Under the pieces are notes generated by a model that made no database searches, had not been told where the DNA came from, and saw nothing but the letters and a program-made list of their open reading frames with translations. Shown one piece after another: positions 1 to 9,084 of a stretch of DNA of 64,000 nucleotides. Each line of letters opens with the position of its first letter. Positions within the stretch are counted from its first letter, which is position 1. The translations under genes were made by a program, and so were the position numbers. Origin of the DNA: a virus; the IMG/VR virus record IMGVR_UViG_3300050821_010764, positions 32,001 through 96,000 of that record; one strand, 5' to 3'.

Positions 1-37
1 GATTAAGGTTGGAGTATTCTTGGAATAAGGAGTAGTT

Positions 38-874
38 TTGGAGAACGTACCGCGTAAAGCCTCAGATATTTTGTTAGAGCTTGAAAAGAAGCTTGATGTG
101 GCTTTGAGTATCATTCGTACTCAAGACCTAAACATTAAGATTTTATCCAATAAACTGAACACGGTAATGGAAGCGTTGGAAAAACAATCCAAAGCTCCAC
201 AAAAGATTACTGTGGAAGCAGTCAATACTGCCCGCCCGATTCCAAATCCTCCAGTCTCGCCATTTCAACCAGTTATGGAATTTGATCCTAATCGCCAAAT
301 TCCAGTTCATGCTGAAGCTAGGCTACCACTAGAAATGGAACCTAATGGGTTCCGAAGAACATCTCGTCCCGAAACCTTTGCCGGCGATGATGCTTATCTG
401 CCACAATCTTCCAGTCAAGCGGAAACCAAATTCCCAGTTCAAATGCCAAAAGCCCCACCAGGTCGAAGGGCTCCTAATGATCCTCCTCCAGGTCGAGAGG
501 GAGAGATTACAGTTCCGACCGCTGCTACCAAACAAAAACCAACGGCTCCTACACAAAAACAACAGAGCCAACAGCCGCGTACTCAGAGCATCGTACAAAA
601 TGCCATTCCGGTTATGCAACGAGCAGTTGATGGTCAAGGTAAGTCTTTGTTCTTGGCAGATGTGGAAATCATTGACTCTCAAACCATGCAGTCTATTTTT
701 AAGACCAGAACCAATGGAACTGGTAAATGGATGGCTTCGTTAGGTATTGGAAACTACCGTATCATTATTCGTAAGATGGAAAAGCTGAATAACACCAGAC
801 GTGAAGTAACGCAGGATATCATGGTTGACGGCAGCCAATCTCCATTCGAATTACAGACCATTATTATTAAGTAA
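38..874 (+). CDS. Hypothetical protein: N-terminal coiled coil, Pro/Gln-rich linker, C-terminal carboxypeptidase-regulatory/transthyretin-like beta domain
   Basis: C-terminal VDGQGKSLFLADVEI...RTNGTGKW..L..GNYRI pattern is typical of the prealbumin-like fold. Confidence 0.45.
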   Translation: MENVPRKASDILLELEKKLDVALSIIRTQDLNIKILSNKLNTVMEALEKQSKAPQKITVEAVNTARPIPNPPVSPFQPVMEFDPNRQIPVHAEARLPLEMEPNGFRRTSRPETFAGDDAYLPQSSSQAETKFPVQMPKAPPGRRAPNDPPPGREGEITVPTAATKQKPTAPTQKQQSQQPRTQSIVQNAIPVMQRAVDGQGKSLFLADVEIIDSQTMQSIFKTRTNGTGKWMASLGIGNYRIIIRKMEKLNNTRREVTQDIMVDGSQSPFELQTIIIK

Positions 875-892
875 ACATTTAGGATTGACAAT

Positions 893-1615
893 ATGAAATT
901 CCGTGTCATTGTGGCAGATCCACCATGGTCGTTCCATGATTCTCTCAAAATGTCCGACGTGGCAAGAGGGGCTTCCTCCAATTACCAGGTCATGACAAAT
1001 TCTGATATTGAACGGCTGCCCGTAAAAGACTTTATCTCGCCGACCGGGACTGTCTTGGCTCTCTGGGTTCCATCCTCCCTGTTACAAGAGGGATTGAACA
1101 CCATGAAGGCTTGGGGATTCGCACACAAGCAGACGTACGTGTGGGTGAAAGTTAAAAATGATCCACTTAAAAATTTGCGCAGTTTATTCCTTGATGTGTG
1201 GAAAATACAAGATGCATTTAAAGAACAAATTTCTGTTACCAAGTTCTTTAAAAATATGAAGAAATCTATTCTGTCTATTACCGATTTCAATAAATTAAGA
1301 GATGTTTTGGCTTTTGGGATGGGTCGATTGTTTAGGCAGACTCACGAAATATGTTTAATAGGCACTAGCGATAGTAAGATATATAAAGCACTGAAGAATA
1401 AGTCACAGCGTTCGGTTAGTTTTGCACCCAACCTGAAGCACTCTTCCAAACCCGAGGATCTGCAAGATTCCTTGGAGATTATGTTCCCCAGCGGTAATAG
1501 GCTGGAAATGTTCGCACGTAGGCATCGTCCAGGGTGGACCTGTCTAGGTAACGAAATTTGCAATGGCGAGGATATCAGGGACTCGCTGGCAAAATTAAAA
1601 ATACCAAAACCTTGA
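893..1615 (+). CDS. MT-A70 family adenine N6-methyltransferase
   Basis: VIVADPPW catalytic motif, LALWV, VWVK, HSSKP, RLEMFAR...GWTCLGNE. Confidence 0.9.
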   Translation: MKFRVIVADPPWSFHDSLKMSDVARGASSNYQVMTNSDIERLPVKDFISPTGTVLALWVPSSLLQEGLNTMKAWGFAHKQTYVWVKVKNDPLKNLRSLFLDVWKIQDAFKEQISVTKFFKNMKKSILSITDFNKLRDVLAFGMGRLFRQTHEICLIGTSDSKIYKALKNKSQRSVSFAPNLKHSSKPEDLQDSLEIMFPSGNRLEMFARRHRPGWTCLGNEICNGEDIRDSLAKLKIPKP

Positions 1616-1647
1616 CAATTTAATTTCGGAGGATTATTGCTGTCATC

Positions 1648-2160
1648 ATGAGTAAGAAAACGTTATTACTAAATGCTAGCTACGAGGTGCTTTCTTTCAT
1701 TCCAGAAAGGAAAGTCTTCAAGCTCTTGTTTAAAGACAAGGTAGAGGTCATCTCAGCTTGGGACGAGTATATCATCTGGGGTTCCGGAAGATTACAGCAC
1801 CCTTCTATTTTGAGATTGAAGAATCATGTTAAGAGAAACTACTTCAACTCTAACTTCAGTCGTAAGGCTTTGGTTAAAAGAGATAGAAGCACTTGTCAAT
1901 ACTGTGGCAAGAAGCTAACGGCATCTCAAATCACCATCGACCACGTCTTGCCTCGCGCTCAAGGGGGTATTACGTCGTTTACCAACTGTGTGGTTTGCTG
2001 CCAAGTCTGTAACAATAGAAAGGCAGACAAGACGCCAGAACAGGCAAACATGGTTTTGTTAAAGAGACCAACGCATCCGTCCTTCTCTGCACATCACTAT
2101 GTCGCTGATCCACAAGAACATTGGCATAAGGATTGGGACGATTTTTTGGGTAACTCCTAA
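1648..2160 (+). CDS. HNH endonuclease (McrA/HNH_5-like)
   Basis: LLLNASYE N-terminus; RD..TCQYCG...TIDHVLPRAQGG..SFTNCVVCCQVCNNRKADKTP. Confidence 0.9.
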   Translation: MSKKTLLLNASYEVLSFIPERKVFKLLFKDKVEVISAWDEYIIWGSGRLQHPSILRLKNHVKRNYFNSNFSRKALVKRDRSTCQYCGKKLTASQITIDHVLPRAQGGITSFTNCVVCCQVCNNRKADKTPEQANMVLLKRPTHPSFSAHHYVADPQEHWHKDWDDFLGNS

Positions 2161-2286
2161 TCAACTGTAATTAGTTGATTAGATGGTGATTTACCCGGAG
2201 AAATGTCATTTTCTCAGAAAAGATGGACTAATTGCATCGGTTGGAGGGGATAATGTGAAGAATATTATCCCTTTTAACCATGCAAT
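2157..2286 (+). ncRNA. Candidate structured RNA (three hairpins)
   Basis: CTAATCAACT/AGTTGATTAG (2157-2182), GAGAAA/TTTCTC (2198-2215), and a long stem 2231-2286 whose mismatches are G-U compatible on the plus strand. Confidence 0.4.
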
Positions 2287-2330
2287 ATTACAGAATACTA
2301 TATAGTCTCCCTCGATATATAGGACTGACC

Positions 2331-2576
2331 ATGACCAAGGTAAGCTGTAATTGCATTGTATGCGCTCAAGAATTTGATCCAGATGAACTACAGAACGTAG
2401 CCTTGTCTGCGATTAATGTCACTCCGTTTAAGGTTTGTGAGGCTTGCCTCAACGAATCTAATCCAGAGGACGATTATGCTGAAGTGCGTAAAATTGTCAA
2501 TTCTTACCTGAATTTTTCACAGGCGAAGACTCTATTTGCCGAGGTCAAGGATATTCTAGATTCCAGAAAAAAGTAA
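2331..2576 (+). CDS. Small zinc-finger protein
   Basis: CIVC...CEAC; start moved to ATG 2331, which follows CGATATAT and AGGA. Confidence 0.55.
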   Translation: MTKVSCNCIVCAQEFDPDELQNVALSAINVTPFKVCEACLNESNPEDDYAEVRKIVNSYLNFSQAKTLFAEVKDILDSRKK

Positions 2577-2732
2577 TCACAGCTCTATAATGATTATGTG
2601 TGACTCTTCTTTTTCTTCATCTTGCTTCGGCACTTCTTGAAGTGGAGGACCAACTTCTATGTATAGAGGTTGAGGCTCATTTTCTTTCTTCTTGGTCTTA
2701 GGATCATGAATGAAAGGATAGAATGTATTCAT
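2577..2732 (-). CDS. 51-aa protein absent from the ORF track (MNTFYPFIHDPKTKKKENEPQPLYIEVGPP...SHIIIIEL)
   Basis: GGAGG 5 nt upstream of the ATG; the ORF fills the intergenic gap and abuts the convergent stop codon. Confidence 0.7.
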   Translation of the reverse strand: MNTFYPFIHDPKTKKKENEPQPLYIEVGPPLQEVPKQDEEKEESHIIIIEL

Positions 2733-2767
2733 AATAACCTCCGCAACTAATATGCAAGAATAGTTAT

Positions 2768-2971
2768 ATGCTCTGTACTAATTGCTCTAAGCTTGCACTC
2801 CTTTATACTAACAAAAAATGTGTCCGCTGTCAAGGTGACGTATTTAATAACCTTTCGGTTTTATGTGAGTCCTGTTCCGCCTCCTCTCAACAGTGTACCG
2901 TTTGCCTAAAAAAGGTAATTTCGGCGGCTCAACGAGCTGCCAATCGAGGCTGTAACTGCGGAGGCAAGTAG
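2768..2971 (+). CDS. Cys-rich zinc-binding protein with CRIPT-like spacing
   Basis: MLCTNCSKL...CVRC-x11-CESC-x6-CTVCLKKV. Confidence 0.6.
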   Translation: MLCTNCSKLALLYTNKKCVRCQGDVFNNLSVLCESCSASSQQCTVCLKKVISAAQRAANRGCNCGGK

Positions 2972-2986
2972 TTATATAGGTAAGAG

Positions 2987-3523
2987 ATGATTATCATAAA
3001 TAACGAAGCAGCTTTACGAGTGAAGTGCGAGGACGTGTCTCCCGAAGAAGTGGGTCAATTGATTCAGACTTTGGAGGCAGAACTAGACTACGCCAATAAA
3101 TTGGGCAAAGGCGGCATTGGATTAGCTGCTCCACAAATTGGTATAGCCAAGAACATTGCTATTGTTCGACTTGGCAGAAATTCGGAATTCAACGTTGACT
3201 TGGTCAACTGTAAGATAGATAAGGGATTTGATCCCGCCGTTTTTAAGGACGAAGGATGTCTATCTTTCCCTGGTCGTGTGGAAACAACTACACGATTTCA
3301 AGAGGTACATATTGTCAATAATCTAGTTTATCCACATACTTTTGTGGCAACTGGATTGATGGCTGTCGTCTGTCAGCATGAGTTGGATCATCTTAATCAA
3401 ACTTTGTTTATGGACAGAAAGCTGCCACCTGTAGCGCCCGTGGTCAGTAAGAAGAAGTCCGGGCCAAATGAGCCTTGTCTATGTGGCTCTGGCAAGAAAA
3501 CCAAGAAATGCTGTAGGAGGTAA
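2987..3523 (+). CDS. def: Peptide deformylase with C-terminal SEC-C motif
   Basis: GIGLAAPQIG, EGCLS and QHELDHL motifs; tail GPNEPCLCGSGKKTKKCC. Confidence 0.95.
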   Translation: MIIINNEAALRVKCEDVSPEEVGQLIQTLEAELDYANKLGKGGIGLAAPQIGIAKNIAIVRLGRNSEFNVDLVNCKIDKGFDPAVFKDEGCLSFPGRVETTTRFQEVHIVNNLVYPHTFVATGLMAVVCQHELDHLNQTLFMDRKLPPVAPVVSKKKSGPNEPCLCGSGKKTKKCCRR

Positions 3524-3526
3524 TCC

Positions 3527-3775
3527 ATGAATAAACAAGAAGCCGAAGAACTAACTAATAGTCTACTAATTGCAGATGCTTTATTGCGCCTCCGAGCCAT
3601 TGAGAATCTCCTTGTCGCCAAGGGAGTTTTTACTCAGGAAGAGTTTTCTAAAGAGATGGAAGTTATTACCGCCCAAATTGCTAAAAGTCTTCTACAAAAG
3701 GCTAATGTGCCAGGCGACCTTGATGAACTTATCAAAGGCTTGCAAGAACAAAGTAAAAAACCAACTGGTAACTAA
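3527..3775 (+). CDS. Hypothetical helical protein
   Basis: GGAGG RBS; coupled to neighbouring genes. Confidence 0.6.
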   Translation: MNKQEAEELTNSLLIADALLRLRAIENLLVAKGVFTQEEFSKEMEVITAQIAKSLLQKANVPGDLDELIKGLQEQSKKPTGN

Positions 3776-4083
3776 TGTTATTCATTACACAAGAATCTGA
3801 AATATCTTCCCCAATTGCCATTAAATCACTGTATTTCTATGCTTCTTGGATGCCTTATCATAAAAAAATGATGGTTATGATAGATAAAATGGAGCAAAAA
3901 TATAAAGAAATTGAGTTTTTAGCCATTGATGTAGACTATTTTAAAGGATTATGTAAGAGATTTAATATAGAGTCTATTCCCACCATATTGATAATTAATA
4001 AGGGTGAAGAGTTAAAAAGGATTAATGGCTTGATTATGACCAGCGCCTTGAAAAGCGCGTTTGCTGATATATGTAATTCTTGA
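3775..4083 (+). CDS. Thioredoxin-fold protein lacking CxxC
   Basis: LYFYASWMPYHKKM...FLAIDVD...FNIESIPT...GEELKRING. Confidence 0.8.
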   Translation: MLFITQESEISSPIAIKSLYFYASWMPYHKKMMVMIDKMEQKYKEIEFLAIDVDYFKGLCKRFNIESIPTILIINKGEELKRINGLIMTSALKSAFADICNS

Positions 4084-4105
4084 ATACTATTTACGGAGAA
4101 ATACC

Positions 4106-4429
4106 ATGACTAAAAAGACAGAGAAGAAACCAGTAGTTGTTGAGGCTCCTACCAGACCAACTTTCGAGCAATTAGCTGCTGACACCGAATCTGGTAAAAT
4201 TTGGGATGAAATCAAAAACAAAAACATCGAAATGTTTGCTTTGCCTGATCAAAGGGTCTGGCAACATTGTGAGCCTATTTTGATTGAGCCAACCAAGCTA
4301 TATTTGCGCACTCGTTCTTCCTCGGTGCTGCCTTCGTTAGAAACAGCCTGTGGAAAAGGTTATGTAGTGGAACTACTAGACAAGTATGTAACAGTAACAC
4401 GTGCAGTTACCCCTCTAACCCAAAGATAA
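4106..4429 (+). CDS. Hypothetical protein
   Basis: GGAG RBS before ATG 4106. Confidence 0.6.
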   Translation: MTKKTEKKPVVVEAPTRPTFEQLAADTESGKIWDEIKNKNIEMFALPDQRVWQHCEPILIEPTKLYLRTRSSSVLPSLETACGKGYVVELLDKYVTVTRAVTPLTQR

Positions 4430-4433
4430 TAAC

Positions 4434-4946
4434 ATGCCATTTGACGAAGAAGACAACGACCAGCCATCTCTTCAGTCCCAGAAATTAGGATTGAAGAAAG
4501 TTAGTACTCAGAGTTCTATTTTTGATTCCATGCCCAAAAAACCATCTCCGGAGGAGTTTGAGCAACAGGTGCAAAGAGTTCAAGAGCGCGGCTCTTCTTT
4601 TAAAGCTAAAACGGCTGATTTAGCTGTCAGATTTTATAGGACGATGGCAGATAAGACTTTAGCCTCAAACAAAAACATGTTCCAGAAAGAAGTGGAAATG
4701 GAAATGTTGAAGGACATGATTAAATTGGCTCAGGAGATTAATGCTCATCCTCTTGAAAGAGAGGGAGAGGGATCTCTGAGTCTTATTACTCTGTTAATGA
4801 AAACTGTTTTCAATCAAAGAGACAAAATTAATGCTCTGGAATATTACGTGGTGCAATTAGAAAAGAAAGCTGACCCGGCATATCTTTCGGATTTCGTATC
4901 AAAAGAAATTGCCAAGGCGCTTGACAAACAGAAGAAGAGTGAATAA
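4434..4946 (+). CDS. Hypothetical protein
   Basis: 170-aa ORF in the operon. Confidence 0.6.
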   Translation: MPFDEEDNDQPSLQSQKLGLKKVSTQSSIFDSMPKKPSPEEFEQQVQRVQERGSSFKAKTADLAVRFYRTMADKTLASNKNMFQKEVEMEMLKDMIKLAQEINAHPLEREGEGSLSLITLLMKTVFNQRDKINALEYYVVQLEKKADPAYLSDFVSKEIAKALDKQKKSE

Positions 4947-4949
4947 GTT
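4921..4949 (+). promoter_or_regulatory. Sigma70-like promoter
   Basis: TTGACA-17 nt-TAAGTT just upstream of ATG 4954. Confidence 0.45.
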
Positions 4950-4953
4950 TACC

Positions 4954-5133
4954 ATGATAACCAAAGAAATGTTGTTGTCCCTCATTTCTGAGGAAAAGGA
5001 TAACTTTAGCAGGTATTCACAACTATGCGCGATGTACCAGATACAACCGGACTCGATGGCTATGGCGAGGAACCAGGGGAGACTGGAAATTCTTCAGAGG
5101 CTCTTACAGGAAAAGCCTTTTACCAAGACTTGA
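4954..5133 (+). CDS. Small hypothetical protein (MITKEMLL...)
   Basis: ATG shortly after the previous stop and the sigma70-like promoter; overlaps the acidic 5' part of the next ORF. Confidence 0.45.
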   Translation: MITKEMLLSLISEEKDNFSRYSQLCAMYQIQPDSMAMARNQGRLEILQRLLQEKPFTKT

Positions 5134-5663
5134 TCCGTCGAGCTAATACAGTTCCGCTTAGTAACATATTCAGACATTACGGCATTCGTGTGGCGAATAC
5201 CCAGTGCACTATCATTTGTCCATTCAAATCCCATAAGGGTGGTCGAGAGAATTCGGGCTCTTTTACTTATTATCCCCACACCAATAGTTTTTTTTGTTTC
5301 GGTTGCAAAATAGGCGGACAACACTCTCACGGATGTGAATTCATGGCTGCTATGGAAAGTATTTCCAGAGCTAAAGCCGCTTACAAAATTCTACAATTAT
5401 TTGCCTCCGATGCAAGCGAAGGCGAAGTGCTAGAAGGCGAGAGTTTTTCGGAACGCCTAGAAATCATGATGGATTTTTCCAACACCGTACGTCAATTTCG
5501 ACAGGAACATTTTGATGAAAAAGCCTTCGCATTCATTGAAAAAATCTGCGTGGTATATGATGATGTACATCTCCGACACAAAACGCTTGACAATGAGGCA
5601 CTCCGCCGAACTGTCGAGGCGCTCAAAGGAAAGATAAAGTCTTATACATGTCTCACGCCATAA
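5025..5663 (+). CDS. Stand-alone CHC2 zinc-finger protein (DnaG zinc-binding domain)
   Basis: ICPFKSH...SFTYYP..NSFFCFGC; no TOPRIM domain. Confidence 0.8.
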   Translation: MRDVPDTTGLDGYGEEPGETGNSSEALTGKAFYQDLIRRANTVPLSNIFRHYGIRVANTQCTIICPFKSHKGGRENSGSFTYYPHTNSFFCFGCKIGGQHSHGCEFMAAMESISRAKAAYKILQLFASDASEGEVLEGESFSERLEIMMDFSNTVRQFRQEHFDEKAFAFIEKICVVYDDVHLRHKTLDNEALRRTVEALKGKIKSYTCLTP

Positions 5664-6850
5664 TTCTTGGCGACGTCCATTTAGGGAAGGGCATCAACAT
5701 CGGTAAAACGGGCGTTGGTTCCAACTTAAATAGTAGAGTCGCAGACCAATTAAATCTTCTGGATTGGACTTTGGAGCAGGCGATAGAACGCCATGCTGAC
5801 AGTATTATCATCACTGGTGACGTTTTTGAAGACCCCAAACCACATCCATCTTTAATTACCTTCTTTCTAGCTTGGCTGAAAAAGTGTCAAGCTTATGATA
5901 TTCACGTCTACATTATCATGGGCAACCATGATATGCTACGTAGTGGTTCTTCTTTTACTTCCTCCCTAGATATCATTAGCGAAGTAGAGCTGGATAACGT
6001 TAGTGTTTACAAAGATATCAATACCGTCATGATTGGGGCTACCGCATTTACGCTGGTACCATTCCGTGATAGAAAATCTTTCAGTGTTTCTTCTAATGCC
6101 GAGGGCGTAGACATCTTAAGGGAAAGCTTCAAGTATGAGCTAGCTGGCATCCCAGTTACCTACAAGAAAATTATGATTGGACACTTGGCGATTGAAGGCT
6201 CCATCCCCATCGGCGATGAAATCGACGACATTGCTAATGAACTGTTCTGTCCGTTAGATATGTTCACCGGCTACGATTATGTTTGGATGGGACATGTTCA
6301 CAAGCCACAACTGATGAAAAAAAGTAAGCCATATGTAGCCCATATTGGCAGTATGGATATCTCTAATTTTGGAGAAACTGATCACAAAAAATACATCGTT
6401 ATCGTTGATTGTGATTCTGGTGCACCTGATTTTACTATTGAGCATCTGCCAACTCGTCCTCTTATTAAACTGAATATCACGGTTCCCAAGGATACGGTTG
6501 ATCCTACTGCTTACGTGCTAGAAGAGATTGAGAAGGCAGATACAGAATTTGGTCGCTCTATTGTTCGAGTGGAGGTCTCCCTCGCCGCCCCCGAATTGAA
6601 ATCAGTGAGCAAATCAGCTATTGAAAAGTTCCTAACAGAAAAGGGAGTCTTTAATGTTACCGGCATCTCAGAGTCCAAAAAGATTGCTCTGATTAAAAAG
6701 GATGGTACGAACACTATTGACACCAAAATGGATGTGGCATCTGCTATTAAAACGTACGCACAGACGTACGTGGACGCGCTTGCGCGTGATTCTTTTATAG
6801 AATTAGCGATGGATATCTATAAAACCTATAAAGCTGAGGCGAAAGAATGA
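5648..6850 (+). CDS. sbcD: SbcD/Mre11-like nuclease
   Basis: GDVHLG, TGDVFE, MGNHD, GHL, MGHVH metallophosphoesterase motifs; adjacent to the SMC ATPase. Confidence 0.9.
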   Translation: MSHAIILGDVHLGKGINIGKTGVGSNLNSRVADQLNLLDWTLEQAIERHADSIIITGDVFEDPKPHPSLITFFLAWLKKCQAYDIHVYIIMGNHDMLRSGSSFTSSLDIISEVELDNVSVYKDINTVMIGATAFTLVPFRDRKSFSVSSNAEGVDILRESFKYELAGIPVTYKKIMIGHLAIEGSIPIGDEIDDIANELFCPLDMFTGYDYVWMGHVHKPQLMKKSKPYVAHIGSMDISNFGETDHKKYIVIVDCDSGAPDFTIEHLPTRPLIKLNITVPKDTVDPTAYVLEEIEKADTEFGRSIVRVEVSLAAPELKSVSKSAIEKFLTEKGVFNVTGISESKKIALIKKDGTNTIDTKMDVASAIKTYAQTYVDALARDSFIELAMDIYKTYKAEAKE

Positions 6851-9075
6851 AGCCAATCAGACTCTACATCGAAAACTTTGTGTGTTACGAAAAGGGCTTC
6901 ATCGATTTCCGAGAATTTAGCTCCGCCCTTATTGTGGGTAGGAAAGAAAACAATGACATGTTTTCCAATGGTGTTGGTAAGTCCACCATCTTTTGTGCCC
7001 TGGCTTACGTGCTCTTCAACGAATCTGATGTACCTCTGGAGAGACTAATTAGAGATGATACTAACGCCTGTCAAGTGGTATTAGATTTTATGATTGGCGA
7101 TCAAGAGTACCGTCTAGCTCGCTCTCGAACTAAGAAGGGCAGTACCGATCTAACTCTGTTAGAAAGGAATACAGTGTCAGGTACCGATGATGAAGTATAT
7201 CATACGATAGTGGCTGACTATGAATCTCCGCTGATGGGTAAGAAAAAAACCGAGAAGTTCTGGAAAGATAAATCTGGTAGTCGTGCTGGAGATACCGAGA
7301 AAGATCTGGCTAAGCTGATCAAGATTAACTATAAATCTTTCTTGAGTACAGCTTTGTTTCCTCAGAACGATATGGCAGGTTTGGCTACTGCTACCCCAGA
7401 AAAACGTAAAGGCATTCTAAAGGATGCCCTTAATCTGTTGGTATACACCAAGCTGGAAAAACTAGCGAAAGATAAGTCTAGTGCTCTTCTTAAAGAGATT
7501 GAGAAAAACACTATCCTGAAGGATAATTTGGGTCAGCCTCAAAAAGAATTATTAGAATTGGTCAAGCAGTTAGCGTCGGTCGAAAAAACCCTAGAAGAAA
7601 AAACGTTGTTGCTAACCGATGTTAACACCAGACAGGCGGAGCAGACCAATAAGGTTAATGAGTTAGTTAATACTCATGCTAACCTAGAAGGTAAATTCGC
7701 TGCCCTGTTGACACAGGAAAAAACTATTCTGGCAGAAAAGAATAAACTAGAGATCTCTGTTAAGGAGTATCAGTCTAAAAAAACCAATGTCAGTAAAGCC
7801 GCTCGTGAGATGGTTTTGGAAATCAATGACCTAAAGGAACAGCAGACTAAGCTAGCGGTTATCGACTATTCCCAGGCTGACATTTTGAATGAGACTATTG
7901 CTGCCTTGAAAGAGCAAGTTACTCAACATAACGTCAATATCAAAAACAAAATGGAAGAGTATGAGGATCTCAAGATTCCTCTGCCTAGCGGAAGTGTTTG
8001 TAAAAACTGTCGCAAACCCATGACGGATAAGGACAGAAAAGATCATAAGGTTCATATCGCCAAAGATATGGAAGCCTTGCAAACTAGCATGCAAGATTCT
8101 AAGAAAACCATTGTTGCTCTTTCTGCCGAGGTATTGACTCATCAGCAAGTGGTTAATGGTCTCAATTTATCTAAACAGCAATTAGAAGGCATCAATACCA
8201 AAATCTCTGCCAAGAACAAAGAAATCTTGGACAAAAAGGCATTGCATGATGAATATGCGACGCTGCTGAATAAATTCACCACTGAACTGGGTGGCAAAAG
8301 TATTGAACTAGAGCTGGCACAAACAGAACTCAAGAACTCTTCTATTGAGGAGGCTAAAACTTTGCAGCTTCAGATTGAGGCTGAAAAGAAAAAAATTGCT
8401 ACTATAGTGGTAGAAACGAATCAGCTCAACAAGGAAATTAGCCATTTCAATAGCAATAAGGCGGTGGTACAACATACCATTGATCAGAAAACTAAGGACC
8501 AGCTTAAAAAGCAAGAGTTAGAAAAGGCGTTGGCAGAGCTAGTGGATAGGCTAAGTACATATCCGTCTGTCATCCAAGCTTTTTCCTCCACTGGCATCCC
8601 TAACCTGATTATTCAAAATGTTTTGGATGATTTGCAGATTGAGGCTAACAACTTACTGTCGCAGTTGAAGCCTGGTTTACAGCTTTCCTTTTTCATTGAG
8701 AAAACCAAGGGCGACGGCGACCAAGCCGATACGCTGGATATTAACTACCATATCAATGGTAAAGAACGATATTACAAACAGTTATCGGGCGCTATGCAGT
8801 TAGCAGTAGCTTTCAGTCTTAAACTGGGTTTGTCATTCCTTTTACAGAAGATGATTGGCACCGATATCAGGTTCCTATTACTAGATGAAATTGACCAGTC
8901 TTTGGATAAAGCTAGCGTAGATGCCTTTGCTGATATTGTAAAGTTTTTCCAAAAGGAATTCACCATCCTAATTATTACTCATAACGACAGATTGAAAGAT
9001 AAATTCTCGCATGCTATATTGGTGGAACAAGATATCAATATGGTATCCAAAGCAAGAGTAGTGTCCTCTTGGTAA
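6847..9075 (+). CDS. sbcC: SbcC/Rad50-like SMC ATPase
   Basis: NGVGKST Walker A, coiled coils with CKNC zinc hook, LSGA signature, LLLDE Walker B, ITH. Confidence 0.92.
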   Translation: MKPIRLYIENFVCYEKGFIDFREFSSALIVGRKENNDMFSNGVGKSTIFCALAYVLFNESDVPLERLIRDDTNACQVVLDFMIGDQEYRLARSRTKKGSTDLTLLERNTVSGTDDEVYHTIVADYESPLMGKKKTEKFWKDKSGSRAGDTEKDLAKLIKINYKSFLSTALFPQNDMAGLATATPEKRKGILKDALNLLVYTKLEKLAKDKSSALLKEIEKNTILKDNLGQPQKELLELVKQLASVEKTLEEKTLLLTDVNTRQAEQTNKVNELVNTHANLEGKFAALLTQEKTILAEKNKLEISVKEYQSKKTNVSKAAREMVLEINDLKEQQTKLAVIDYSQADILNETIAALKEQVTQHNVNIKNKMEEYEDLKIPLPSGSVCKNCRKPMTDKDRKDHKVHIAKDMEALQTSMQDSKKTIVALSAEVLTHQQVVNGLNLSKQQLEGINTKISAKNKEILDKKALHDEYATLLNKFTTELGGKSIELELAQTELKNSSIEEAKTLQLQIEAEKKKIATIVVETNQLNKEISHFNSNKAVVQHTIDQKTKDQLKKQELEKALAELVDRLSTYPSVIQAFSSTGIPNLIIQNVLDDLQIEANNLLSQLKPGLQLSFFIEKTKGDGDQADTLDINYHINGKERYYKQLSGAMQLAVAFSLKLGLSFLLQKMIGTDIRFLLLDEIDQSLDKASVDAFADIVKFFQKEFTILIITHNDRLKDKFSHAILVEQDINMVSKARVVSSW

Positions 9076-9084
9076 GGAGTTTGT

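Noticed and set aside
893-2160. Restriction-modification pair (MT-A70 plus HNH)
   Set aside because: Adjacency is the only evidence; this HNH type is a common stand-alone gene and has its own TTGACA upstream
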